Of a stretch of 51,780 nt of DNA, positions 8,794 through 19,454 are shown piece after piece. The first letter of the stretch is position 1; every line of letters starts with the position of its first letter. Both the position numbers and the translations under genes were made by a program. The stretch lies in the sequence record SRR22947727_1356. One strand, given 5' to 3'. Under the pieces are notes generated by a model. The model had not been told where the DNA came from, made no database searches, and saw only the letters and a list, made by a program, of their open reading frames with translations.

Positions 8794-11699
8794 ATGACCA
8801 AGAATATAACCCGTTTAAAGCGCTCGCTTGAGGGCTATGTCTTAGACAGTGCTTTTGATCGGGGGCGCTATGCAACGGATGCCTCGATTTATCAAATGAT
8901 GCCCTTGGCTGTGATCACGCCCCGCTCTGCGCGCGATATCAAAACCACCATCGAATTTGCGCAAGCGCGCAAGCTGTCGATCTTGCCGCGCGGGGCTGGA
9001 ACCTCGCAAAATGGGCAAACCGTGAACAAGGCTTTGGTGTTGGATAACAGCGTTTATTTTAACCGTTTGTTGGATTTAGATGTTGCGAATATGCGCTGCA
9101 GTGTTGAGCCAGGAATGGTGCTGGATACGTTGAACCGGCAGCTCAAGCCGCATGGGCTTTGGTTTCCGGTGGATGTTTCAACCTCAAGCAGGGCCACGAT
9201 TGGCGGTATGGTTGGTAATAATTCTGCCGGGGGCAGATCCATTCGCTATGGGATTATGCGCGATAATGTTGGGGCGATTGATGCGATCCTCAGCACAGGC
9301 CGGACGGCTCGGTTTGGGCTTTTAAGCGAGGGCGGCGCCGGGCTTGAAAGCCTTTTGCCGGAGTTATTAGCACTTGGACAAGACAATAGCGGAGAAATAG
9401 AAGCACGTTTCCCCAAAGTGCTGCGGCGCGTTGGCGGGTATAATTTAGATGCGCTTTTGCCCGATACGCTGGCGAAACGCCCGGGCAGCACAGCGCAGGA
9501 AGATGATATCAACCTGTCGCATTTATTGGTTGGCTCAGAAGGTACGCTGGCCTATTCCGCCGCGATCGAACTGAAATTATCCCCCTTGCCGGCGCCAAAA
9601 ATTATGGCGCTATGCCATTTTGCAAGCTTTTATGCCGCGATGGATGCGGCCCAGTATTTGGTTGCCTTAGATCCGATTACGGTGGAATTGATCGATCAAA
9701 CGATGATCTCTTTGGCCCGCTCGATCCCGCTGTTTAAAAGCACCGTTGATGATTATATCCGAAATACTCCAGAAGCGGTGCTGGTGGTTGAGTTTGCCGA
9801 GGAGGACTGGGCTAACAACCTTGCAAAAATAGATCAATTGCAAGCGGTGATGGCACAGCTTTCTGACGCACAAGCCGGCAAGCCTCGCCAGAAAATTCGC
9901 GCAGAGGAGGCGGTGGTGGTGATCACCCCGCCCGATCAGCAAGCGCGAATTTCCGAAATGCGAAAATCTGGCTTAAATATCATGATGTCGATGAAATCTG
10001 AGGCCAAGCCGGTTTCTTTCGTGGAAGATTGCGCCGTGCCCTTGCAAGATTTGGCCGACTATACGCAAGGGTTGAAGGATATTTTTGAAAAATATGGCAC
10101 CAGCGGCACTTGGTATGCGCATGCCTCTGTGGGCTGTCTGCACGTGAGGCCGGTGTTGAATATGAAATTATCATCAGACGTGCAAAAGATGAAATCCATC
10201 GCCACCGAAGCGTTTGAACTGGTAAAAAAATATGGTGGATCGCATTCGGGTGAACATGGCGATGGCTTGTCGCGCTCTGAATTCAATCCGGTGATGTTTG
10301 GCCCGCAATTGACGGCGGCGTTTCGCAAGCTGAAAGCGCTTTTTGATCCGGCGGGCGTTTTCAACCCCGGCAAAATCGTAGATGCGCCAGATATGGATAC
10401 GCGGGCGCTGTTTCGCTTTGCACCAGGCTATCACGTTGCGGATTTTCCAACGCAGTTGAATTGGTCGGCTTGGCCGGGCGCGGCGGATGGGTTTCAGGGC
10501 GCGGTCGAAATGTGCAACAATAACGGCGCCTGCCGGAAACGCGACGGGGGAGTGATGTGCCCGTCTTTTCGCGTTACAGGCGCGGAAAAAGACAGCACCC
10601 GCGGGCGGGCCAACAGCTTGCGGCTTGCAATGTCGGGGCAATTGGGGGCAAAAGCTCTGGCCTCACCGGAGATGGCCGAGACGATGAAGCTGTGCGTCTC
10701 TTGCAAAGCTTGCAAGCATGAATGTCCAACTGGTGTTGACATGGCGGCGATGAAAATTGAAACCTCTGCGTTGTACCGCGCAGAAAATGGATTATCGCGG
10801 CGCGACCGGTTGATTGCCTATTTGCCTGATTATGCCCCCATTGCAGCGGCGCTGGCGCCGCTGTTTAACCTGCGCGATAAGGTTCCTGGATTGGCTTGGC
10901 TGAGCCAAATTTTAACGGGGTTTTCTGCCAACCGGCCCTTTCCTCTTTGGCAACGCAGGTGGTTTCAATCCACCGAGCTGGCGGTTACGCCTATCGGGGA
11001 GAGGCCGGTTCTTTTACTTGTAGATACGTTTAGTCGGTATTTTGAGCCTGAAAACCTGCGCAGCGCGCAGCGGGTTTTAACCGCAGCTGGATTCACCCCT
11101 TTTGCGCCGCTGCCAGATCAGCGAAGCAAAAAACCTTTATGTTGCGGGCGCGTGATACCGCGCAGCGCCTTGTTGAAGCCTACGCCCCTTATGCCGCGGC
11201 AGGCATCCCGATTGTTGGGTTGGAGCCCTCCTGCCTGCTGGCTTTAAAGGATGAAATCCCCGCACTTTTAAACACGCAAGATGCACAACAAGTGGCCAAG
11301 ATGGTGCTGACTTTTGAAGAATTATTACTCACCGAAAAAACTGCATTGCGTTTGAAGCCGTTGCAGGCAAAGGCGCTGCTGCACGGGCATTGCCATCAAA
11401 AAGCCTTTGGCGTGATGCGCCCCGTGCAAGAGGTGCTTGGTATGATTGAAGGGCTTGAGGTTGAAACGATCGAGACCAGTTGCTGCGGCATGGCCGGCGC
11501 TTTTGGTTATGGTGCTGAGACCTTCGATATCTCAATGCAAATGGCCGAGGTACGTTTGCTGCCTGCCATTCGCGGCGCGAACGCGCAAACATATGTGATT
11601 GCTGATGGTACATCCTGCCGCAGCCAAATCAAAGATGGTGCTGCGCGCGAAGCAGTGCATGTGGCCAGATTGCTCGATCAGCAATTGATCAAAGATTAA
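8794..11699 (+). pseudogene. FAD-binding/(Fe-S)-binding oxidoreductase (GlcD/GlcF-fused, YdiJ-like), split by a -1 frameshift near 11150
   Basis: ORF 8794-11247 has PRGAGTS, GSEGTL, SGEHGDG, CNNNGAC and CVSCKAC..CP. The C-terminal CCG domain (GLEPSC, HGHCHQK, CCGMAG, DGTSC) continues in ORF 11139-11699. Could be an assembly error. Confidence 0.75.
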
Positions 11700-12466
11700 A
11701 AAATACCCACAGCAATTAGCCGCAAGCCGATTAGGAAAAAGGCGATTAACACGGCTTTTTGAAAATAAACCTGAGAAATTTTACCTCGCAATATTTCCCC
11801 AATCCGAAAGCCGGCCATCACGAATAAAAGCCCCAAAAGCGATTGCTGGAGGATCGCGTTTGTCAGAACGCCGCCCAAATAAAGCCCCAATGAGAGCGGT
11901 GCGGCCCCCACCAAGAAAACAAAACCGGTGGCGGCGATAAACCGTTCTTTTTCGAGCCCCCGCGCGATCATATAGGTGGCCACCGGCGGCGACCAAATTG
12001 AACTGAGCCCCCCCAATATTCCGGCGATCAATCCAACTCCGATTTGAATGGAATAGCTCGGGCCAAGGCGTAATTTCCATCCTATCAATCCATTTAGCGC
12101 CACAATGACCATTGCCGCACCGATGGTGATTGTCAGTAAACCGGTGGGATAACGTGACAAGAAAAAAGAGGTGATAAAAATGCTGAGTAAGATCGTGAGC
12201 GCCATCGGCCAATAGGTTTTCATAGAATCAGCCCGATGCTGCGATTTTATAAATTGGGTAAAATTGGTGAACAGAATCGGGATAGCAAGCAGGGCAACCG
12301 CGTGGGTAGGGCTGAGCACCAGCGTTAAAAGCCCCATCGCAGCAGCCGGTAGGCCGATGCCCAAAAACCCTTTGACGATGCCCGCAATGAACAATGTTGC
12401 AGATATTAAAATCAGAATGCTGGGTGTCTGATTGGCAAATAAAGTGTCGAATAGGTGCTCTTGCAT
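11696..12466 (-). CDS. Sulfite exporter TauE/SafE family membrane protein
   Basis: AGIVKGFLGIGLP and AGILGGLSS repeats, about 8 TM helices; last gene of the sau cluster. Confidence 0.85.
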   Translation of the reverse strand: MQEHLFDTLFANQTPSILILISATLFIAGIVKGFLGIGLPAAAMGLLTLVLSPTHAVALLAIPILFTNFTQFIKSQHRADSMKTYWPMALTILLSIFITSFFLSRYPTGLLTITIGAAMVIVALNGLIGWKLRLGPSYSIQIGVGLIAGILGGLSSIWSPPVATYMIARGLEKERFIAATGFVFLVGAAPLSLGLYLGGVLTNAILQQSLLGLLFVMAGFRIGEILRGKISQVYFQKAVLIAFFLIGLRLIAVGIF

Positions 12467-12530
12467 AAGCGGCTCCAAGAAATGTGTCAGCGCTCTCTTG
12501 CGAACGCAAAAACAGCGCTGGCTGCCTGCA

Positions 12531-14072
12531 TTATTCGGCGGGGTAAACCAATCCGAACAGCTTTAACCGCTGAACCTTGCCCGAGGGCCCTTTGGGTAAA
12601 TCCTCCAGGATATGAATTGTATCTGGTGATTTGAATTTTCCAAGGCGGGTTTGACAATGCGCCAGCAAGTCGGATGCGCTTGCTTGTACCTGTTTCTTCA
12701 GACGAATGCAGGCTTCGACCCGTTCGCCATAATTCTCGCAAGGAACCGCAAAGGCCGCAGCTTCTAAAACTGCCTCATGTTCGAGCAGCGCCTCATCGAT
12801 TTCGCGTGGCGCAATATTCTCACCGCCTTTGATGATTAATTCTTTGATGCGGCCCGATACAAACACATATCCATCTTGATCCAGATATCCCAGATCGCCG
12901 GTTCTGAGCCAGCCATCGGAGGAAATGGTTTTCGCGGTCTCCTCAGGTTGGTTCAAATAGCCTTGCATCACATTGGCGCCGCGCACCAGAATTTCACCCA
13001 CCGTCCCAGCGGGTACGGCGGCAAGGGTGTCATCCCCAATCATAATTTCATTGCCAAACGCCGTGCCGGGAGAACCGATTTTACGGATTGCGGGGGGCAG
13101 GGGATTTGTGGTGATTTGCGATCCGGTTTCGGTCAGTCCCATCGTTTCGATTATGGGGATATTGAAACGCTCTTCAAAGCGGCGATGAATTTCGGGGGAG
13201 AGCGGCGCAGAGGCGGAGCGCGCAAAGCGCAGATATGACAGATCTTTGGCGCTTTCGGGATGGTTCAAAATATAGGCAAATTGCGTAGGAACAGCGGAAA
13301 ACCAGCTGCATTTATACGCAGCGATATGAGACCAAAAGGACGAGACCGAAAATTTATGCGGAAGTACCAACATGCTGGCAGAGACGGTTGTGCCCATCAC
13401 CGTCACGCATAGGCCGTTAATGTGATAAATCGGCAGCACACATAAGGCCCTATCTTGTTTTGTGATGCCATGGCCGGTCGAAATAAAATGCCCTGCAGCC
13501 AGCAAATTATGATGGCTGAGCATCACTCCTTTAGGGTTTCCTGTGGTACCCGAAGTATACATCAGAACACCGATACTATCTGCGTTGGGGTTATCGATCG
13601 GCGCGTTTGGCTTGGATGTGGCAGGGCTATTTTCAAGCCATTGTGGCCCGTCATTTAGATCCAACGGGCAGGTATTTGCGGTGCTCTTGGCCTCTTGCAT
13701 CGCCTCTTGGATCATATCCTGGCAGTCGCTTTGCACGAAGATCAGCGCAGCCTTTGAATGGGCCAATGTATATCCCAATACCTTCGCACCCGCGACCAAG
13801 TTTAAAGGCAGCGCCACATATCCGCCGTAGACGATTCCCATAAATGTGAGGCAGGCACTGATACTATTGGGCGAAGCAATGGCAATACTGCTGTCCTTTG
13901 GAAGCCCCATATTGGCGATATGCTGCGCGATATCGCGGATTTGTGCAGCGCCGTCTGCAAAGCTGACCTGGCGCCCGGTTTCTGGTGAGGCCAGCCAGAT
14001 TCTATCGCCATGCTCGGCTGCGTTTGCATCAATTTGCTGTTTCAGCGTTTTACTTTTCGGCAAGGGGCTCAT
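12531..14072 (-). CDS. sauT: Acyl-CoA synthetase, probable sulfoacetate-CoA ligase
   Basis: AMP-binding YTSGTTGNPKG, ETMGLTE, TGDLG, KGPSGKVQR; ATGA-coupled to sauS. Confidence 0.75.
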   Translation of the reverse strand: MSPLPKSKTLKQQIDANAAEHGDRIWLASPETGRQVSFADGAAQIRDIAQHIANMGLPKDSSIAIASPNSISACLTFMGIVYGGYVALPLNLVAGAKVLGYTLAHSKAALIFVQSDCQDMIQEAMQEAKSTANTCPLDLNDGPQWLENSPATSKPNAPIDNPNADSIGVLMYTSGTTGNPKGVMLSHHNLLAAGHFISTGHGITKQDRALCVLPIYHINGLCVTVMGTTVSASMLVLPHKFSVSSFWSHIAAYKCSWFSAVPTQFAYILNHPESAKDLSYLRFARSASAPLSPEIHRRFEERFNIPIIETMGLTETGSQITTNPLPPAIRKIGSPGTAFGNEIMIGDDTLAAVPAGTVGEILVRGANVMQGYLNQPEETAKTISSDGWLRTGDLGYLDQDGYVFVSGRIKELIIKGGENIAPREIDEALLEHEAVLEAAAFAVPCENYGERVEACIRLKKQVQASASDLLAHCQTRLGKFKSPDTIHILEDLPKGPSGKVQRLKLFGLVYPAE

Positions 14073-15493
14073 TTAGTGCTGGCGCTCCAAAACTCGGATA
14101 AAACATCTTCCAACGCGGGTTTGTTTTCTTCGATCACGCGCACAATGCGCACCCGGTTGACAAAATGCTCCCAGTTGAGATTGCCATCGATCGAATTGCC
14201 CCCCCAAGAGCCGCAACCCATCGATAAAGAGAAAGGCAATCCGTTGTTGAAAAAGCCGCCTGTTGCAAAACAATGTGCCTGATTCACGATCACCCGGCAG
14301 GTGCGGGCTGCCATCGCCAATTCATGCGCGCGGGCATCTTTCGTGGAATGTAGCCCCAAAGAATGCCCGGCGCCTTGATAATCTTGAATGGTCAGGGCAA
14401 GGTTCACCGCCTCTTGAAAATCTTTGGCTTTATACAAAGCAAAAAACTGCGCCATTTTTTCGCCGCTTATGGGGGCATCAGCACCTGCTTTCGTGCTGGG
14501 AACCACCAAGAAACGCGTGTTTGCAGGGGCCCGATGCGTCAGCTCTAAACGCTTTAAAACCACATCAATATCTTTGGCCAGCAAAGCGCCTGTTAAGTTG
14601 CCATTATGCCAATGCGTTGTCATCAAACGTTGCGTTTCTTCTTCGCTCAGTACCAGCCCACCCTGCGCCTCGAGCGCGGCAACGGCCTCATCATACACCT
14701 CTTCTAGGGCAATGACGGTGTTTTCCGAAGAACAGGATGTGGCGTTGTCAAAAGTTTTTGAAGCAGCAATTTTTTCAGCCGCATTAGCAATATTGGCGCT
14801 TTCGTCAATGATTGTGACCACGTTGCCCTGCCCAACCCCCAAGGCCGGTGTGCCCGAAGAATATCCGGCGCGCACGTTATTTTGTGAACCCGTAACGACC
14901 AAAAGATCGGCCAGTTCCATCAAGCGTTGGGTTTTGGCTTTTGAAGGGGGCATCGGCACCATTTGTACCAGATCTGGATTAAGGCCGATGCTGCGTAGGT
15001 TTTGATGAATAAAGGTTAGCAGCGTTGCAAAAGGCTCTGCGCCTTTTGGCGAAGGAGCGATAATAATTGCATTGCCGCTTTTTAATGCGTTGATGATATT
15101 ATTCACCGGCGTTGCCAAAGGGTTCGTTGAGGGAACAATGGCGGCAATCACGCCTTTTGGGCGCAAATAGGTTGAGAGGCCGGTTTCAGCATTATCCTCA
15201 ACATGGCCAAAGGCGGTAACCGCTTTTAAATCGCGCAATAAGCCAAGCGTTTTATTATGGTTCTTTCTCGTTTTATCCGCTGCATTGCCCAAACCGGTTT
15301 TTTGAACCGCCAGCTTTGATAGGCTGCTATTATGCTCTGGTTTCATCAGCGCCCATGCCACCGCCTGACAGGCCAGATCAAAGGTGTTTTGGGAGCCTTG
15401 GGCTTCATAAACCGCCTGCGCCTGCTTGGCTTTTTCGACCAGCGCGTCGATTTCTAAGATATCGGCCTCAATATCCATCAGGATGCCTTTCAA
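14069..15493 (-). CDS. sauS: Sulfoacetaldehyde dehydrogenase (acylating)
   Basis: KNHNKTLGLLRDL, PSTNP, SKTFDNATSCSSEN and VNQAHCFATGG..NGLPFSLSMGCG match SauS as I recall it. Start may be ATG 15478. Confidence 0.85.
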   Translation of the reverse strand: MKGILMDIEADILEIDALVEKAKQAQAVYEAQGSQNTFDLACQAVAWALMKPEHNSSLSKLAVQKTGLGNAADKTRKNHNKTLGLLRDLKAVTAFGHVEDNAETGLSTYLRPKGVIAAIVPSTNPLATPVNNIINALKSGNAIIIAPSPKGAEPFATLLTFIHQNLRSIGLNPDLVQMVPMPPSKAKTQRLMELADLLVVTGSQNNVRAGYSSGTPALGVGQGNVVTIIDESANIANAAEKIAASKTFDNATSCSSENTVIALEEVYDEAVAALEAQGGLVLSEEETQRLMTTHWHNGNLTGALLAKDIDVVLKRLELTHRAPANTRFLVVPSTKAGADAPISGEKMAQFFALYKAKDFQEAVNLALTIQDYQGAGHSLGLHSTKDARAHELAMAARTCRVIVNQAHCFATGGFFNNGLPFSLSMGCGSWGGNSIDGNLNWEHFVNRVRIVRVIEENKPALEDVLSEFWSASTK

Positions 15494-16986
15494 ACATTTG
15501 CCTTTTCCTCATGTGAGGAGAAGGCTGAGTGAAGGCTTTTCAACAACGTTAAAGCCCCCGCTATAATAAGGATCGTGCAAATCGGGCGCGAAAAATACGT
15601 GGCCAAATCATAATGAACCATTTGCATGCCCTGCGCAAAGTTTTGCTCACCAATTTTACCCAGGATCAGGCCCAGCACGATGCCCGGAATAGAATATCCC
15701 GACCGGCGTAGTAAAAAGCCGATAATTCCCGCGCCAAACATCACCATCACATCCAGCACCAGTCCACGCCCGATATAAGCGCCGATACTGGCCAGCATTA
15801 AAATCATCGGAGCTAAAAATTGAAACGGAATTTTCAGCAAATAAAGGATGGTTTTGGTTTCGAGCAATCCGATGAAAAGGATTGATAGGTTAGCATAGAA
15901 CATCGCGGCGAAAACGATCCAGATCAAGTCTGGTGAGTTATAAAACACCAATGGCCCTGGCTCGAGATCGTGCATTTGGAACACGGCGACCATCATCGCG
16001 GTTAACGCGCCGCCCGGCAGACCCAGCGCCAAAAGAGGGATCATTGCGGCGCCAGTGGCCGCGTTATTGGCGGTTTCGGATGAAATCACGCCTTCCAATT
16101 TGCCTTTGCCAAATTCTTTTTTATCTTTTGACCAGCGCACCGCCTCGCCATAGCCCATAAAAGCTGCCAACGTAGCGCCGATGCCCGGTAAAATACCGCA
16201 AAAGAAGCCGACAAAGATTGAGCGTACTACCGCAATTTTATGCGCCCAAAGCTCGGCAATGCTAGGAAAATCAACGCTGAATTTCGGCGCCACGTATTTT
16301 CCGCTGATGTTGCGCTCGGCTTGTACAAATACTTCGGATACTGCGAAAAAACCTAGAATGGCCGGCACAAAAGCGATGCCGGCGGCCAAATCTGTAAAGC
16401 CGAAATTGAAGCGGTTGATGCCGCCCACGGGGTCTTGCCCGATCGTTGCCACCAAAAGCCCCAAAAGCACCGATAGCCAGCCTTTCCAGATCGTGCGCCC
16501 GCCAACCGAGGAGGCAACGGCAAGGCCAAAAAATACCAGCGCAAAAATTTCTGGCGGTCCAATATTCATAATTGCCCATTTGGCAAGTGGCTCTGTTGCG
16601 CTCATCATCACCAAGGCGGATGCGATGCCACCGATTGCGGAGCATAAAACGGCCGCGCCAACGGCTTTTCCGGCCATGCCTTTTTGTGTCATCGGATAGC
16701 CGTCAAAGGCCGTTGGGGCGTTTTCAGGCGCGCCTGGAATGTTGAACAAGATTGCCGTGATCGCCCCCCCATAGGTGCCGGTGCAATAAATCACCGCGAA
16801 GAGCATCACCCCCTGTGCCGGGTTGAGATCGGCGGTAAAGGGCAGTAAAATCGCTGCCAATGTCAGCATGCTAACGCCCGGGATGGCCCCGAATAGCATA
16901 CCGCCAACAACGCCGAAGATGAAAATGCCAATCGTGACGGGATCGCCAAATAGCGTAGCCGTTCCGGCTAGAAAATTCTCAAGCAT
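15490..16986 (-). CDS. tctA: Tripartite tricarboxylate transporter large permease (TctA family)
   Basis: YGGAITAILFNIPG, FDGYPM, GILPGIGA, ETANNA motifs. Confidence 0.9.
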   Translation of the reverse strand: MLENFLAGTATLFGDPVTIGIFIFGVVGGMLFGAIPGVSMLTLAAILLPFTADLNPAQGVMLFAVIYCTGTYGGAITAILFNIPGAPENAPTAFDGYPMTQKGMAGKAVGAAVLCSAIGGIASALVMMSATEPLAKWAIMNIGPPEIFALVFFGLAVASSVGGRTIWKGWLSVLLGLLVATIGQDPVGGINRFNFGFTDLAAGIAFVPAILGFFAVSEVFVQAERNISGKYVAPKFSVDFPSIAELWAHKIAVVRSIFVGFFCGILPGIGATLAAFMGYGEAVRWSKDKKEFGKGKLEGVISSETANNAATGAAMIPLLALGLPGGALTAMMVAVFQMHDLEPGPLVFYNSPDLIWIVFAAMFYANLSILFIGLLETKTILYLLKIPFQFLAPMILMLASIGAYIGRGLVLDVMVMFGAGIIGFLLRRSGYSIPGIVLGLILGKIGEQNFAQGMQMVHYDLATYFSRPICTILIIAGALTLLKSLHSAFSSHEEKANV

Positions 16987-16995
16987 GGGCCACCC

Positions 16996-17553
16996 TTAAA
17001 ACAGTTGATCGAGTTGGGTTTTGGTTTTCAGCATAAACGCGCTGATATCGTAAAACGGGGAAACGTTGCCTTGCGGCAGGGGTGCGTTTAACACCACCAT
17101 GAACAGCAGGATCAATAAGGTATAGATCACCACCGTGCTGCCCAGAATAAAGCCCAGTCTGCGTTCGCCCCAGGCCAGCATGATCAGCGCAATGAACACT
17201 GGTGTTCCGGCATAAAACCCCACGGGTTTTAGCGAGATCGCATAGGCAAAAGGCAGCAATAGGATAAAGCCAGTTTTCAAATAATCGCGCAATCCGCGAT
17301 ATTCGATCTGATCTGGCTCTTCGCTGGCTCCAACGCGGCTTTTCAGGGCTTTTCCACCATGGCGCAGAGTGTAAAACACATTGCCCAAAGCCACCAAAAC
17401 CATCAATAAAAGGATGGTGCGCGGCCAGCCTGTCGCCCCGAATTTGTAAATTTCAATTGGTTGATTGAAGTCATAGGTGACGGCGAAAAAAATGCCTGCA
17501 AGTGCCAGCCAAAAAACGGCTTCTATCAAATCTGATTTTTTAAGATTGCCCAT
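16996..17553 (-). CDS. tctB: Tripartite tricarboxylate transporter small permease (TctB family)
   Basis: 4-5 TM helices, G..WP and C-terminal LP.G pattern; lies between tctC and tctA. Confidence 0.8.
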   Translation of the reverse strand: MGNLKKSDLIEAVFWLALAGIFFAVTYDFNQPIEIYKFGATGWPRTILLLMVLVALGNVFYTLRHGGKALKSRVGASEEPDQIEYRGLRDYLKTGFILLLPFAYAISLKPVGFYAGTPVFIALIMLAWGERRLGFILGSTVVIYTLLILLFMVVLNAPLPQGNVSPFYDISAFMLKTKTQLDQLF

Positions 17554-17580
17554 ATTTTTTGTCTTTTTTTAGGCCAGAAA

Positions 17581-17606
17581 CTGCTTGGAGCGGTGGCTCC
17601 AAGCAG
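17581..17606 (-). terminator. Intercistronic hairpin after tctC (partial terminator or mRNA stabiliser)
   Basis: Perfect 11-bp stem CTGCTTGGAGC-GGTG-GCTCCAAGCAG, followed by TTTCT on the minus strand. Confidence 0.6.
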
Positions 17607-17628
17607 GCGCCTAGCTTACGTTTTTAGT

Positions 17629-18657
17629 TTATTTTACGTCTAAGCCCATGGATTTATAGACGTCACGATACTGCTCGATCGCTGCATTGATCATGTCAAT
17701 CGCTCCATCTGTGTCGCGATAGCTGTCAATCACATTCATGAATTTGCTGTCGTTATAGGCTTGATAGCTGTCTTCGCAATAGGCGCGCTGAAAGGCCCAT
17801 TTCAACCAGTCAACGCGGTCGGCAGGCGCGTCTTTATGTACATAAAAGCCGCGAAAGCGCAAAAGCGGTTCAAAATCCATACCCATTTCGACATGCGTTG
17901 GCACATCAGCAAATGCGGCGGGGCGCTCGTTGAATACGGTTAGGATTGGCTTGAAATTGCCCGCATCCAGAAAGTTGCGCACATCGCCTGGCTGCTCGAA
18001 CAAAGCATCCACTTGACCGCCCAAAAGCGCGCCATAGCGCGGAGCTCCTTTGTCAAATGAGATCTGTTGGATCTGCATGTCCGAGGCCTCGGTGATAAAT
18101 TTCATGATTACCCGTTCCATCGAGCCTTCTTTTGACACGTTGGCAATGGTTGCTTTGCCATCTTGAGCCTGAACCCATGCCACAAAGCTTGGCCAATCGG
18201 TGAAGCGTGTTTCATTGCTTCGAATATACACTTGCGAGAAGGTAACTTGTGAAATCACCAACGGAATCAGATCAACTGCCGGATTGGGTTTGCTCGAATC
18301 CAGCGCATGGGCAGAAGATGCATCATCAATATGTTCAAGAACTGTATAGCCGTCAGCAGGTGCTGACATATAGGCTGTCATTCCAACCGTACCGGATCCG
18401 CCTGGTTTGTGATCGCGGTTGATATTGACTGATGTCAAACCGGTGACGGCTTCGGCCATTGCAGCTGCAACTTGGCCCGATCCACCACCAGGACCATAGG
18501 GAACCACCATGGTTAAAGCCCGCTCGGGAAAGCCACCGGGCTTGGCCATGCTGGCCTCGCTGACCCGGCATTCACCGGCAAAGCCCAAACTTGCCATACC
18601 GGTTAAGGCAGACGCGGTGAGGGCGATAGACAGCGTTCTTTTGAGTGTTATCTTCAT
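17629..18657 (-). CDS. tctC: TTT periplasmic substrate-binding protein (TctC/Bug family)
   Basis: Signal peptide; VVPYGPGGGS, KPGGSG, PADGYT, ALLGGQVD motifs; strong RBS GGAGGAGGAA. Confidence 0.9.
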   Translation of the reverse strand: MKITLKRTLSIALTASALTGMASLGFAGECRVSEASMAKPGGFPERALTMVVPYGPGGGSGQVAAAMAEAVTGLTSVNINRDHKPGGSGTVGMTAYMSAPADGYTVLEHIDDASSAHALDSSKPNPAVDLIPLVISQVTFSQVYIRSNETRFTDWPSFVAWVQAQDGKATIANVSKEGSMERVIMKFITEASDMQIQQISFDKGAPRYGALLGGQVDALFEQPGDVRNFLDAGNFKPILTVFNERPAAFADVPTHVEMGMDFEPLLRFRGFYVHKDAPADRVDWLKWAFQRAYCEDSYQAYNDSKFMNVIDSYRDTDGAIDMINAAIEQYRDVYKSMGLDVK

Positions 18658-19170
18658 TATTTCCTCCTCCTATTGATCTGATCGTATTTTTTTATTGTCG
18701 ATCATAGAAACTATGGTGCCTCTGGGGCCCTATATGTCAACAAAAAAGCCTCTTTATACGTTATGAAAAATGAGAGAAGTTTTTTAAATAAATGCATTTT
18801 TATACTGTTGCGATACTTTATCGTCATATCATTTTATCGTTTAAATTGGTAAGGGCGGCTATCTGCGCAGCTGTGTTTGGGCCTTTTCAAGCTTGCGTAC
18901 TGTCCGTGCAGGGCCGCCATTTTGCCAAGATAGACTGACGCATATTCATGTTTTGAGGCTTTTTTCATTCAACCTCAGATATGTTTGCGCTTCTAGAAAA
19001 TGCTTTGAAACCGATTTCGGGCGCGTCAAATGATCATACAGAAATGAATATTTTTGAGCCATGCTTGCGCAATGGTCGCGCTTAAAAAATACTGCTTGCA
19101 GCGCAGGATCGATTTGGCGTTAAGATAGCGGGTTTGGTAAAATTTCAAGCCGCGTCACAGGAGGGGCCGT

Positions 19171-19293
19171 ATGCGCGCAGAATTCAGCCTTGATAATGAC
19201 CAATATTTTCTTGGGCTAAGCCGGTTAAAGCGCCGGCTGCAGATGAAAACTATCGGCGATGATCTCCGGCCACTGAGACGGGGTTATTTATAA
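19171..19293 (+). CDS. Candidate small protein (40 aa)
   Basis: AGGAGG-6nt-ATG; MRAEFSLDNDQYFLGLSRLKRRLQMKTIGDDLRPLRRGYL*. No recognised homology. Confidence 0.25.
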   Translation: MRAEFSLDNDQYFLGLSRLKRRLQMKTIGDDLRPLRRGYL

Positions 19294-19454
19294 TGGGTAA
19301 AAGTTGCAAATTCTTTTTGCCGCGCTGCTCTTCACATAAAGGTGGGCCCGATGCTCCGAAATTTTAATGGTGCTTTTCTGCGCTGGTTGGACCTTCCTCA
19401 AGCATGTGTATCGGCTAAGGATAGCCCGTTTAATGCGCCGGCTGCGCCAGACTG

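Noticed and set aside
11125-11155. Programmed ribosomal frameshift in the oxidoreductase
   Set aside because: The A-run lies upstream of the conserved CCGR codons and residues appear to be missing, so a deletion explains it better.
18658-19454. Riboswitch (e.g. cobalamin) upstream of mttB
   Set aside because: No B12-box or other recognisable aptamer motifs found by eye.
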